A stretch of DNA of 64,000 bases, taken from NCBI GenBank assembly GCA_051530055.1, contig CM121342.1:6678864-6742863 (forward strand), in the 5' to 3' direction. Shown piece by piece: positions 22,514-36,400 of the stretch. Below the pieces are notes generated by a model. It saw only the letters and a list, made by a program, of their open reading frames with translations, made no database searches and was not told the DNA's origin. A program made the translations under genes and the position numbers. The DNA is from Neoechinorhynchus agilis (taxonomy: Eukaryota > Animalia > Acanthocephala). How positions within the stretch are numbered: position 1 is the first letter of the stretch; each line of letters opens with the position of its first letter.

Positions 22514-24856
22514 ATGTTTGTTCGATTCGAACTGCTGTCTCTTAGACGTCACAAAACGACTGGAGCAAAGAAATCATTCCAACCCGTAGGTTGTTGTTTT
22601 TTTTCAATTAAACTACGATCAAAATAACCATTAAAGATAACGCCAATCGACACTACAAATCGAATAACGACAGTTCATCCTACGACAAAAAATGTTGCCG
22701 ATATGTACGCTAGACGTGATTATGCCCAATCACTAGCAAGAAAACGATATCAGCCAGTTCGACCGAAAAACGGAGAGCCTTTGGTTATAAGTTGCAAAAG
22801 AAAAAGATTCAATCATTATCTGAGTAATAAATGTTTTGCCTAATGCATTCATCGCTATAAACTGCCTCATTCGAAGATCACCATTATCCTACACTTGATG
22901 AACGCTATTTGGTCTCTTGTGGGTGGAAAAACTCAAAGTACAAAGGGGATAAATTTACGATTCGATCTATGGGCAAATCTCGTATAAACGAGGATGTTAG
23001 TTTTAGCGGAATCGGTGTACCTCTCGATGTTGAGGATAAGTTAAAAAATCAGGGGATAACTAATCCTACAAGTGTTCAGGTGAGAAAGATTTTTATAATA
23101 CGAAAAAACTCATTTACATTCGCGAGGTTGAGGTTAAAATCAATATTTTTGAGTTTTTATATGATGCAAATTAGAATTTATCTCGATTTACCGCTGCTAT
23201 TTAGCCTGTGAATTTGGAGATTAGTTAAAAAAATTTAAATATAAACGAATTATAAGTACATTGTAACTGAAATATGTTCGACCTTCCATTCCCATAACGC
23301 GTCCAAAACTTTAATTATTGATTTATTATAATAACATTTATAAGAAACGGTATTTAATCGAATGTAATTTTGTGGAGAATATTTTTCTAACGCTTGCGAA
23401 TTAAATTTAATATTTTATTTTGCGTTTTATTTTAAAGATTGCAAGTATGAAGGAATACACGGCAACCAAAAATCATTTGTTGTGTTCTGCTCAAACTGGA
23501 AGTGGAAAGACGTTTGCTTATCTATTGCCAATCTTAACAAAATCACCAAGCGGCACATCAATAATCGTTTTACCTTCAAATGTTCTCTGCGCTCAGATAT
23601 CACACATTCTTCAACAATTCGATGGTTTCTATTGGATCAATTTAGCCGAAAATAACGATTTACAAGTTGAGAATTCAAATCCCAATAAAAAATTCCTACT
23701 CATTGTAATACATTTAGCTGGATTCATTGAATCTGAAAAATTTAATTATTTCAACTCCGGGGCGTCTACTCGCTATTGAAGGTTTTACCAACATGTTTAA
23801 GTTGCTCACGCGGTCTACTTTGCGTTTAGAGACTCTTCAATCATCGCAAAGCGCCATCAGAAATATTATTTTAGACGAGGCTGACACTCTGTTTGACCGT
23901 AGTTTTGCCGAGCAAACTATTGATTTGGTGAAACGATTTGGGATTGGTGTTCAAGATAAGGAACCTTTCACTAGGATATTGGTCTACACGGCAACATTAA
24001 CGGACTCACTCAAACATGAACTTACACAATTCGTTAGTTATTTGTTTCATTGGTTTTTAAAGAACATTTCCATACTAACAAAATAATCTTGATCTGCCAA
24101 GTTATTTTTCCTTTCATTAAGCTTCCTAACCTCGTGGTAGTCAAAGACGACCTCACAAACAAAGTTCTGTCTCATGTTAGCCAGAAATTCGTCCGGCTGA
24201 CGAAATCGTCAAAACCTGGTAAAATTTAATTTATCCCATACTCTAAATGATCCTGGACTTTAGAATTTATTTTATCACTACTGAAACCAAGTTCATATAA
24301 TAGGAAAAGCCCAGCTCTTCCTGCAATAATATTTTGTAATCGACGTAGCACATCCATTTGGTTACATGGATTTCTAATTAAGAACCGATTCGAGGACGTT
24401 AAACTCGTACTAAACTTAAAACAGGCTGATGTAAGAATTTGTCTTAAAAAAAAGGACTTTCCCGCATTCTTAACAGACTGCAATCAATACGATCGATGAT
24501 CGTTCTATCATTGTTACAACGGACGTTTTGTCACGAGGTGTGGACACTCAATGGGTAATTGCGACTGAAATTCCAATTAGTCTTGAGTCTTAGTAAAGGC
24601 TAAACATGTAATCAATTACGATTTCCCCACAGTCTTGAGCAATTATGTCCATCGATGTGGACGAGTCGGTCGTTTAGGACAGAATGCAGGGGAATGCCTG
24701 GTAACTAATTTGATCGCGAATGCTTCTGAAATTCATTGTGTGCAAAAGATCGAGGTTTGTTAAACTGCTGAGAAAAAGCATCAAATGACTCTTCAATAGA
24801 TTGCCGTTAGACGAAATGGAGAAATGCAAAATATCGATGAAGTCCTTACCAAATAA
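22514..24856 (+). CDS. DDX28: Mitochondrial DEAD-box RNA helicase DDX28-like, multi-exon
   Basis: Q motif PTSVQ, AQTGSGKT, ILDEAD, YTATL, TDVLSRGVD, VINYDFP, YVHRCGRVGR. DDX28-type N-terminal LVSCGWKNSKYKGDKFTI and C-terminal KIE/IAVRR. Transit-peptide-like start; frame joined by short GT-AG introns. Confidence 0.88.
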
Positions 24857-25095
24857 CGATATACTCGTAAATAAAAATTGTTTTATACGTAAAGAAACGA
24901 AAACGTAGTTATCTAAATGCTAAGGTGCTGACTTTTTCGTTTTTCCTTCCGAAATATAATGATTTTTTCAATTGTTGATAGATTGCAACATTCAAAAATT
25001 TGACTTGAATCAACGCTTAATTGATTTCAGCGTTTTTTTACCGTAACTTGCGCATTATGTTTAAACCAGTCCATTAAACTCAAGGTCTACAAACG

Positions 25096-25281
25096 CGGTA
25101 AATAATTTTTTATCAAAGGCTTTTCGAACCTCGTCGGGTTCATCATCAGTTTGTTAATTATCTTAAGCCACATAATTCTTATTCCTTCTATCAGAATGGT
25201 TTATACTTTCAATTGTCATCGAGACGAACATTTTTATCGATTACATTAATAGTGGTTTTTGAGAAAATATATCAGAAGTAC
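25096..25281 (+). repeat. ~185-bp interspersed repeat (copies at 33245-33430 and partial 59094-59169)
   Basis: cggtaaataattttttatcaaaggcttttcgaacctcgtcgggttcatcatcag...cagaagtac is almost identical at 33245. Confidence 0.9.
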
Positions 25282-25554
25282 GTATACTCGAAGAAGGTTT
25301 GATCGATTATTCCGAAAAAAATCACTAATAAAATCTCGTAATATGGCAACATTTCGGTTCATTTTTACATTTTCGCTGACGTTTTAATGTTCAACAATGT
25401 AACATTATCAATAAATTTTCGTAAATCCATGACAGCTCTCTTATACACTTCACCTACCTCAAATGGGTCTCTCTTTGAATCAAAAGAAGACGAAATTTTT
25501 AATCAAATCTAAATCTCGAGTGGGCAAGAAGCACATCCGTGATTATATCAAGGA

Positions 25555-26401
25555 TTTCTTTTGGGTTAGATTTCGACCCTGCTTATAAGAAGCTTGATAT
25601 TTTAGGTTATACTTTCACTAATAACCTTTCGCCCGCCTCCGATATACACAAGATGAAAAAACTTTGAAACACAGCCAGAGTTAAGGCGAGACGGGCCGCT
25701 CGTATTAGGCTCAGCGCCCTAGTTTTTATTCCAGAGGAAGGCCTCCAGAACAACGCCTAAAATTCCGCTGTGTATTCTTGAAAACCCTGTTGAGACTACC
25801 CTTTGAGTGGATTTCCTCAGCAGACTGGCCCAACAAATCCATGCAGTTGATCGGATTGTGACCTCAAATAAAAAGAACGGATACTTAACTATAGAATGTT
25901 GCTTTGGTTATTCAGCGACAGCGGTCGATCCATTGTTTGCCTTTGCGGAATAATTTTTTTAATCGTGGGATTTTTGGGTTAGATTTCGACCCTGCTTATA
26001 AAAAGCTTGATATTTTAGGTTATACTTTCACTAATAACCTTTCGCCCGCCTCCGATATACACAAGATGAAAAAACTTTTAAAGACAGCCAGAGTTAAGGC
26101 GAGACGGGCCGCTCGTATTAGGCTCAGCGCCAAGATATGCAAAGTAATATGGTGCTCTTGGGCTATTTCAGGCCTAGTTTTTTATTCCAGAGAAAGGCCT
26201 CCAGAACAACGCCTAAAATTCCGCTGTGTATTCTTGAAAACCCTGTTGAGACTACCCTTTGAGTGGATTTCCTCAGTAGACTGGGCCAACAAATCCATGC
26301 AGTGGATCGGATTGTGACCTCAAATAAAAAGAACGGATACTTAACTATAGAATGTTGCTTTGGTTATTCAGCGACAGCGGTCGATCCATTGTTTGCCTTT
26401 G
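25555..26401 (+). mobile_element. Tandem duplication (~414-bp offset) of a probable LINE RT thumb/C-terminal fragment
   Basis: Duplication seen directly (gggttagatttcgacc at 25563 and 25977); the first copy lacks 42 nt. LDILGYTFTNNLS resembles the RT thumb LG motif, which is a weak match. Confidence 0.5.
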
Positions 26402-26804
26402 ACGATTAGAACGATCCTCCAAACGGCATTTTTACTGACTGGGTAAGCCATTCTTGTTTTCCAGTTTTATTTCTGGAACATTCTTAACGTTAAGTCTCGC
26501 TGACTTCGACTTCTCCATTGTTAAATATATTTTTCGCACCGGAACTCAGTTGCATCATCTCGATTAAACTTTAATGACGAGCGCAGAGGTCAGCACTTTT
26601 TGTGATCAGCACATTAAGAAGAACAAGTCAAGAAAGCTGCATTTTGGTGGATATCATGGACGCATTTTAAAATGACAAATGCAGCAGCGAAAATCACGGT
26701 GCCCGGGAACGATAGAACCTTTTCAGATTTAAAAAACGGCAAAAGACGTCCATCACGTTACCGAGAATCCTTATATTTTCTTAGTTTACATACAAAAAGT
26801 ATCC

Positions 26805-29800
26805 ATGGTTACTAATTATGAAGTTATTGAAAATACCGAAATGCCAATGGCACCACCGACGGTCGCTCTTGGCTGTGATTGTTCCAATCCAAGATGCCTG
26901 AAAAAGATATGCTTACAGATACGTTCGTCCTACTCATCTGAGTGCTGTGATGTATTTCAATGTTGTTCAAGTACAATGAGAGCCGATGAATGTGAATGTA
27001 GTTGCCATCTCCTTTGCGATCGTCCATTCTGCGTATCGAGCATTCGACGAAGTTCATCGTTTGATAGAGATCGCTTAGTGAACGATGAATGGAAAAATGG
27101 GTTGAGAGCTTACTTAGATGTGCCACGAAGAGATTCACCTAAAAGAAGTCCAATCAAGACCAATGAAAAAAGTAAAGAACTGCCGAAATCTTTGACTGAA
27201 AAGCATGATGACACACCGAGCATTTCTCCTGGCGATGAAGATAAACGATCCTTTGACTCCCTTAATAGTCAAGAATTTGATGAGGTTTGAGGATCCTATT
27301 GAATTTTTGTCCGGAATTGCAAAATCAAATTGTAGTTCTTGCGCTATGTAAAAAACCAATATATTTTAATTTCTAATTTATATTTATTAGACTAATAATG
27401 GTGCCCATTTAAAGGAATCTTCTTCAAAAAATGAAAGGAGAACTAAACGAGAAGACAAACCCAGTTTAGATGAGGTTTTTCAATGTTTTAACCCTTTGTT
27501 TTAAATGATCTTTATAGAGAAGTCCTCTGTCGGATGAAAATTATTCATACGAATCCGATAATCAATCGCTGTTAGATTCTCCACAAAAAGAAGAAAGCTA
27601 TCTTGGGGTGAATTTTTTTCATTGCTACCATCGATTTTAAAATTTTAAAGGTGCTCTCGTCCGATGATAATCCGTCAATGAACAGTTTGTCAAGCGATGG
27701 AAGCTCCGTACCTAGTCAGGCGGATGTAAGTCAATAAATTTGCAAAATAAACGAATTTAACTCTTATCTGCACCTAAACTACCGGCAAATAATTTTTATT
27801 CGCATTATAATGTCAAAAATGAAGTGCCGGTGTTCGGATTCAAGACGATATGTTTTGAAACCATTTAATTTTTGTACTTTTTAATATTAAATACTCATGT
27901 AAGAGTAAAAATTGAACTGATCAAATCATTAGTATTTTTTGATCTGTTTAGTTTTGATTCTAAAATATTCTACGATGAAATCTCAAGCCTAAAATACTTC
28001 ATATAGACTCTTTCAATGGATTTTTCTCCTGCTGATTCGGATGCGGACCAGTCAAATGTGAGTTAAATATTTTCGATTGCTATTTTAATAGTTTTTCATA
28101 TGAATTAGCTATCGTCTAGCGAAGATGATGGTTCGCCGACAAGTACGACAAGCGATAATGTTTCTGATGAAAGTTTGATTTCATCAGATGATCCATCGTA
28201 TTTGAGTGAAAATTCGCTTAATCCGTCAGTGGTAAGAGCTCTTATAAATTAAATAATTCTATAATTCATTTTAAAGGAAGGTCAACTTTCCCCAGTTAGA
28301 TCACTTGAATCAACAGAATTAAATGTTAGTAAATTCTAAGAATAAAGTCATTTATAAAATTTGTCTTTGACAGAAATTATCTGACCAATCAGGAAAGAGA
28401 TCACAAGAGTCACGACCGGCTCTACGTCGCGTAAGTTTTGATTTTCGCTATAATTGAGATTAATTCGATCTTAATTTAGAAATATAAAGTATCGTCCAAA
28501 ACTAAAATTGATGTCAGTGCGTACGATGTGAGTTCTAGTCGATTATATGCTTAATTATACTGTGCAATTTTTAATAGTATTCTTCTCCCGATCGTCGATC
28601 TGTCACACAGAAACGGGCGGATATTAAAAAGCATCTCGTGAGTTGAAAATAAATCAAACACATTTTCCCATGTTTCATAAAGTTCCGAGTGTCCTCAAAG
28701 ACCAAACTCAATCTTGATCATTCTGACGTGAGTTTTATTGTTTTCTCTTTGATATACTTTATTATCTTTTAATAGTACTTTTCACCAGAAAGTCCAACGA
28801 CAAAAACACGAAGGCAAGATGATAATCGAACAGAAGTGAGTTTAGATTTTTTACCCAAAAATTTCTCCATTTCTCACTAGCATTCTGCTCGAAAGCATTC
28901 TAATATAAAACCGAAAAGAGATTATCACGATCCGCATCATGTGAGTTTTCTTGATTTTCTTCTCAAACGTAGAAAAAATTAAATTTTTTATAAAAAGTAT
29001 AACATTTCCTCGAAAACTGAAATCAATGTCGATGAATCGAATGTAAATTTTGTTCACTTTATTATTTCTTTAACATCTTCACTAGCACTTGCACTCTAAA
29101 CCTCGACCTGCTAAGCCAAAAGGATTAAACGAAAGAGAATGGGTACGTTGTCTCATCTTATTATCAGCTTAAAAGTATTTTAAAAGCAGTTCGAATCTTC
29201 TCCAATAGCCAAAGACGTCAATCAATCGGACGTAGGGAGAAATTTGTTAAAAAAATTAGGTTCATCAATATTTTTAGTATTCGCAACCTGAACGTCGATC
29301 TACAAAATCACGACGATCAGGCAACGAAGAAAAAGTGAGTATTTATTATTTCTAGATATTTCCAAATAAGAGAATATTTAAAAATAGTTCGAATCTTCTC
29401 CAGGATTTAAAGACGACGACGTCAATCAATCGGACGTATGGAAACATTTTCTAATTTTGGTCTTTCATTTTTTTTCAGCATTTTCAACCTGAACGTCGAT
29501 CTACAAAATCACGACGATCAGGCAACGAAGAAAAAGTGAGTATTTATTATTTCTAAATATTTCCGAATAAAAGAATATTTAAAAATAGTTCGAATCTTCA
29601 AGATTTAAAGACGACGACGTCAATCCATCGGACGTAGGGAGAAATTTGTTAAAAAAATTAGGTTCATCAATATTTTTAGTATTCGCAACCTGAACGTCGA
29701 TCTACAAAATCACGAAGATCAGGCAACGAAGAAAAAGTGAGTATTTATTATTTCTATACATTCTCGAATAAGAGAATATTTAAAAATAGTTCGAATCTTC

Positions 29801-32488
29801 TCCAGGATTTAAAGACGACGACGTCAATCAATCGGACGTAGGGAGAAATTTGTTAAAAAAATTAGGTTCATCAATATTTTTAGTATTCGCAACCTGAACG
29901 TCGATCTACAAAATCACGAAGATCAGGCAACGAAGAAAAAGTGAGTATTTATTATTTCTATACATTCTCGAATAAGAGAATATTTAAAAATAGTTCGAAT
30001 CTTCTCCAGGATTTAAAGACGACGACGTCAATCAATCGGACGTAGGGAGAAATTTGTCAAAAAAATCAGGTTCATCAATATTTTTAGTATTCGCAACCTG
30101 AACGTCGATCTACAAAACCACGAAGAACAGGCAACGAAGAAAAAGTGAGTATTTATTATTTCTATACATTCTCGAATAAGAGAATATTTAAAAATAGTTC
30201 GAATCTTCTCCAGGATTTAAAGACGACGACGTCAATCAATCGGACGTAGGGAGAAATTTGTCAAAAAAATCAGGTTCATCAATATTTTTAGTATTCGCAA
30301 CCTGAACGTCGATCTACAAAATCACGGCGATCAGGCAACGAAGAAAAAGTATTTATTATTTCTAAATATTTCCGAATAAAAGAATATTTAAAAATAGTTC
30401 GAATCTTCTCCAAGATTTAAAGACGACGACGTCAATCAATCGGACGTAGGGAGAAATTTGTTAAAAAAATTAGGTTCATCAATATTTTTAGTATTCGCAA
30501 CCTGAACGTCGATCTACAAAACCACGAAGAACAGGCAACGAAGAAAAAGTGAGTATTTATTATTTCTAGACATTTCCAAATAAGATAATATTTAAAAATA
30601 GTTCGAATCTTCTCCAAGATTTAAAGACGACGACGTCAATCAATCGGACGTAGGGAGAAATTTGTTAAAAAAATCAGGTTCATCAATATTTTTAGTATTC
30701 GCAACCTGAACGTCGATCTACAAAACCACGAAGAACAGGCAACGAAGAAAAAGTGAGTAATTATTTCTAGACATTTCCAAATAAGATAATATTTAAAAAT
30801 AGTTCGAATCTTCTCCAAGATTTAAAGATGACGACGTCAATCAATCGGACGTATGGAAACATTTTTTAATTTTTGTCTTTCATTTTTTTCAGCATTTTCA
30901 ACCTGAACGTCGATCTACAAAATTAGGTAAATCAAACGAGGATAAATCTCAGCAGGTAAATCCAATAATTAGCTAAACACTTAATCCACTAAATTTAAAT
31001 ACAGCATAATTTCCCTTTAAATACAAAATCAGACATTAACCATTCAGAAGTAAGTTTGTCTTTGGTTTAGTGACTACCAAATCTTGCTTAGTCTTTGCCA
31101 TCTGAAGATGAGTTACTGAGACATAGAAGATCAAATGTAAGCAAACTAAGATTGAGTTTTTCGAATTTTTTAAATCGAGCCAGACTTCTTTACAGAACCA
31201 TCACATTTCATCAAACAGTATTATCGACTTCAATGAACCCGGGGTACGAAAATTTACGATTAAGAAAAGTTATATTTCTGGATAGTCTCAAGTGTTGGAA
31301 CGGATTTCGCCAGAAAAGCTGGCTAACAGAACTCAATCTCGCCGAGGTGAATTTCGTAATGTCACTTCTAATGCTTCAAATGTAGGTTGATGAAATCTTT
31401 CATTTTTCAACTTATCTCTGTCATTTAAGTATTTGACAATCAATAAATTGCTTTCAAACGGGTCAAGCGTGAGTTATGATTTTTGATTTTGAACCATGCT
31501 TAATTTAAAATAGGTTTCAATGCGAAATTGTATTGAATCTTCCGAAAAGGAAATTTATAGCCAAAAGCCTAATGTAAATTTCTTTATTTGAGCAGATTTA
31601 ATAACTTTACTCTAAACGTAGACATCAATGGCGATGATAAAATCGAATATCTTGGCAGACAATGATTCAAAAGTTAGTAGAGATTTTTCAACCGTCCCAT
31701 AATCGTAAAAAGGATTTAACATCTAACGAGGAAACGCCGTCTAAAACCGTATTAACAAATTCCAAAAAGAATGTGAGTATTTTTCTTTACGTGAACAAAA
31801 TATTTAATTTTTATAGCAAAAGAAATCTTCATCCTTCCATGGCAATTCACTAATGTTTGAAATGCAATCAAATGAGGACTTACGAAAGGTTAGAACTCTA
31901 TTCGACTTGGATACAATAAACACCGTTCAAGCAGAAATCTGAATTGGGCAATCTTCTCCATGAGCCAAAATCGCAATTGAACATCCATGAGATTGTCAGT
32001 ACATCTAAAGTAAGGTCGAAAAATCATACTCTAATGATTATATGTTAAAAATATCAAGGGAAATGATTCTGATATCAACCCACGGGTCAGCCGAAACACC
32101 ACTGCTAGGTTATTCCATGTAAGTGGATGCATTTTCGTTCACTGAAGTCGGTAAAATAATATTAGGTGCTTCAATCCAATAATCAACTATATTTTAAGCC
32201 GGATTTCAGTCGATTTAACGTGAGTAAGAAGAGCACTAAGTCGAATTTAATAATAAACATCAATACAATCCACAATACAATAAAATCTCTCAAAAAGTTA
32301 ATCACTAGTTGGTGATGCCCGTAAGATTTTTAATCATCGAAATAGAATCGTGAATAAAATCCTACATTGTCATTCGTCAGACATTGAAAAATCGGTCTTA
32401 ACCATTAAATTTTCTAAATTTCTACCACTAAAAGAGCCCAGAGGAACCATCGAAGCCTAATTTAGTAGCTTCAGTACTTTCCCAGTGA
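26805..32488 (+). CDS. Large orphan gene: Cys-rich first exon followed by many small exons encoding a Ser/Asp/Lys/Arg-rich disordered protein
   Basis: Exon 1 is 26805-27284. Repeated GT..AG introns of ~40-110 nt separate short in-frame exons (27391 TNNGAHLKESS...; 32166 VLQSNNQLYFKPDFSRFN; putative last exon SPEEPSKPNLVASVLSQ*). The exons I checked are phase 0; the 3' end is uncertain. Confidence 0.7.
29190..30960 (+). repeat. Nine tandem copies (~198-204 bp) of an exon-intron-exon-intron cassette
   Basis: Exon A starts at 29190, 29388, 29589, 29790, 29994, 30198, 30398, 30602 and 30803. Exon A (48 nt) encodes FESSPGFKDDDVNQSD; exon B (57 nt) encodes YSQPERRSTKSRRSGNEEK. The introns are ~46 and ~53 nt. 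Confidence 0.92.
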
Positions 32489-33244
32489 CATTTTAGGATT
32501 ATTTCCCAGTTTCAATTAAATATTGAATAAACGCTTTGGCACCATAAAAAATGGCCGGCTAACATTTAATGCCTTGCTGTTCTCTATGGCATCGGTCCCA
32601 ATTGTTTTGAATACAAAAGATTGTTATTTAATACTTCAATTAAAACATTGAAATCGATGAATCACAAAGTATACCTTTTTCTCTATAAATTTCGATCTTA
32701 AAACTAAAATTATATAGCGGTTTTACTTTATTTCTCGATTAAAACCCCTTAATAAGCATCGTAATCTCATTCGTTAGCAATCGCGAACAATATCGCCATT
32801 AACTGGTGACGAAATAAAACCCAAGAGAGTTATCATTGGAGGAAAGATTAAAGCTTTAATATTACATCTATATCGAACTTCGACAATGATAGATTCTGAA
32901 ACAAGATTAAGAAGCAGCAATTTATCCTGTGACGGTTACAATCCGATTGGTGATTTTAAATAAATTTTATTGGATTAATGGGTAATTCATATAATTGATA
33001 ATCAAGTCTATAAAATTACAAAAGCTGGAAATATCGTCCGTTTCATATCCACAAATTTCCTTTGCTTTAACAACTTTTTTAATTATCAAGCATTGACCAT
33101 CATCGATTATTTAATCGCATCGTTGGCAGTTTATTCGCTTGTCAAATAACTTAACAAAAAAGATGTTCTTGAAAATCGTTCTCTATTCGTAAAGGCGATC
33201 TATGATTATTTATTTAACGACTTCGAAATAAGTCATTCTTTATC

Positions 33245-33430
33245 CGGTAAATAATTTTTTATCAAAGGCTTTTCGAACCTCGTCGGGTTCATCATCAGTT
33301 TGTTAATTATCTTAAGCCACATAATTCTTATTCCTTCTATCAGAATGGTTTATACTTTCAATTGTCACCGAGACGAACATTTTTATCGATTACATTAATA
33401 GTAGTTTTGGAGAAAATATAACAGAAGTAC
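33245..33430 (+). repeat. Second copy of ~185-bp interspersed repeat
   Basis: Matches 25096-25281. Confidence 0.9.
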
Positions 33431-33499
33431 AACAACACTTTTTATTTATTTTGTTTAAGAAGAGGACCCATGTACCTCTCGGTCCCCGTGATCACTTTA

Positions 33500-36400
33500 G
33501 AGTTGATGGCGGATCCGGTGTGGATGGCGGATCCGGAGTGGATGACCGATCCCGCGTGGATGACGGATCCGGAGTGAATGACGGATCTGGTGTGGATGAC
33601 GGACCCGGTGTGGATGGACGGATCCGGTGTTGATGGACGGATTCGGAGTGGATGACGGATCCAGAGTGGATGACGGATACCGCGTGGATGACGGATCCGG
33701 TGTGGATAACGAATCCGGAGTGGATGATGGATCCGGAGTGAATGACGGATCTGGTGTGGATGACGGATCCGGTGTTGATGGACGGATCCGCAATTGATGA
33801 CGAATCCAGAGTTGATGACGGATCCGGAGTGGATGACGGATCCCGCGTGGATGACGGATCCGGTGTGGATAACGAATCCGGAGTGGATGGACGGATGCGG
33901 TGTAAATGGACGGATCCGGTGTGGATGGACGGATGCGGTGTAAATGGACGGATCCGGTGTGGATGATGGATCCGGTGTGGATGATGGATCCGGTGTGGAT
34001 GATGAATCCGGTGTGGATGGACGGATCCGGTGTGGATGATGGATCCGAAGTGGATGACAGATCCGGTATGGATGGCGGATATGGTGTGGATGGTGGATCC
34101 GGAGTTTATGGCGGCTCCACAGTGGATGATGAATCCGGTGTGGATGGGCGGATCCTTTGTAGAAGACGGATCCGGAGGGGATGATGAATCCGGTGTGGAT
34201 GGGCGGATCCTTTGTAGAAGACGGATCCGGAGGGGATGATGGATCCGGAGTGGATGACGGATGTGGTGTGGATGGATGGATCCGGTGTAAATGACGGACC
34301 CGGAAGGGATGATGAATCCGGTGTGGATGGATGGATCCGGTGTAAATGACGGATCCGGAGGAGATGATGGATCTGGTGTGGATGGATGGATGCGGTGTAA
34401 ATGGACGGATCCGGTGTTGATGGACGGATCCGGAGTGGATGACGGATCCGGTGTGGATGACAGATCCGGTGTGGATGGTGGATATGGTGTAGATGGCGGA
34501 TCTTATGTGGATGATGGATGCGGTGTAAATGAACGGACCCGGAGTAGATGACAGATCCGGACTGGATTACGGATCCGGAGTGGATGACGGATCCAGACTG
34601 GATGACGGGTCCGGTGTGGATGACGGATGTGGCGTAAATGGACGGGTCCGGTATTGATGGACGGATCCGGAGTTGATGACGGGTCCGGAGTGGATGATGA
34701 TCCGGTGTGGATGGATGGATCCGGTGTAAATGACGGATCCGGACTGGATGACGGATCCGGTGTGGATGACGGACCCTGAGTAAATGACGGATATGGTGTG
34801 GATGGCGGATATGGTGTGGATGACGAATCTTATGTGGATGACGGCTGCGGTGTAAATTTACGGATCCTGTATTGATGGACGGATACAGAGAGGAATGCCG
34901 ATCCGTAGTGAATGACGGATTTGGTGTGGATAACGGATCCGGTGTAGATAACGAATCCGGAGTGGATGGCGGATCCGGAGTTTATGGCGGATCCAGAGTG
35001 GATGGTGGATGGTGGATGCAGTGTTGATGACGGATCCGGTGTGGATGATGGATCCGGAGTAGATGGACGGATCCGGTGTAGATGACGGATCCGGAGTGAA
35101 TGACGGATATGGTGTGGATGGCGGATCCAGAGTGGATGACGCATCCGGAGTGAATGACGGATCCTGCGTTTATGGCGGATCCAGAGTGGATGACGGATCC
35201 AGAGATGATGACGCATCCGGAGTGAATGACGGATCCGGCGTTTATGCCGGATCCAGAGTGGATGACGGATCCGGTGTGGATTATGGATCCGGAGTAGATG
35301 GACGGATCCGGTGTAGATGACGGATGCGATGTGGATGATGGATCCGGTGTGGATGACGAATGTGGTATGGACGACGGATCCGGAGTGAATGACGGATCCG
35401 GCGTTTATAACGGATCCAGAGTGGATGACGGACCCGGAGTGGATGATGGATATGGTGTGGATGACGAGTGTGGTGTGGATGACGGATCCGGAGTGAATGA
35501 CGGATCCAGAGTGGATGACGGATCCCGCGTGGATGACGGATCCGGTGTGGATAACGAATCCAGAGTTGATGACGGATCTGGAGTGGGTGACGGATCTGGT
35601 GTGGATGACGGATCTGGTGTGGATGATGGATCCGGTGTGGATGATGAATCCGGTGTGGATGGACGGATCCGGTGTGGATGATGGATCCGAAGTGGATGAC
35701 AGATCCGGTATGGATGGCGGATATGGTGTGGATGGTGGATCCGGAGTTTATGGCGGCTCCACAGTGGATGATGAATCCGGTGTGGATGGGCGGATCCTTT
35801 GTAGAAGACGGATCCGGAGGGGATGATGGATCCGGAGTGGATGATGAATCCGGTGTGGATGGATGGATCCGGTGTAAATGACGGATCCGGAAGGGATGAT
35901 GAATCCGGTGTGGATGGATGGATCCGGAGTGAATGACGGATCCAGAGTGGATGACGGATCCCGCGTGGATGACGGATCCGGTGTGGATAACGAATCCAGA
36001 GTTGATGACGCATCCGAAGTGAGTGACGGATCCGGCGTTTATGGCGGATCCAGAGTGGATGATGGATGCGGTGTTGATGACGGATCCGGCGTGGATGACA
36101 GATGCGGTGTGGATGGCGGATCCAGAGTGGATGATGGATATGGTGTGGATGACGAATGTGGTGTTGATGACGGATCGGGAGTGAATGACGGATCTGGTGT
36201 TGATGACGGATCTGGAGTTGATGGCAGATCCGGTGTGGATGGCGGATCCAGAGTGGATGACGGATGCGGACTGGATGGCGGATCCGGACTGGATGACGGA
36301 TCCGGAGTGAATGACGGATCCGGCGTTTATAGCGGATCCAGAGTGGATGACGGACCCGGAGTGGATGATGGATATGGTGTGGATGACGAATGTGGTGTGG

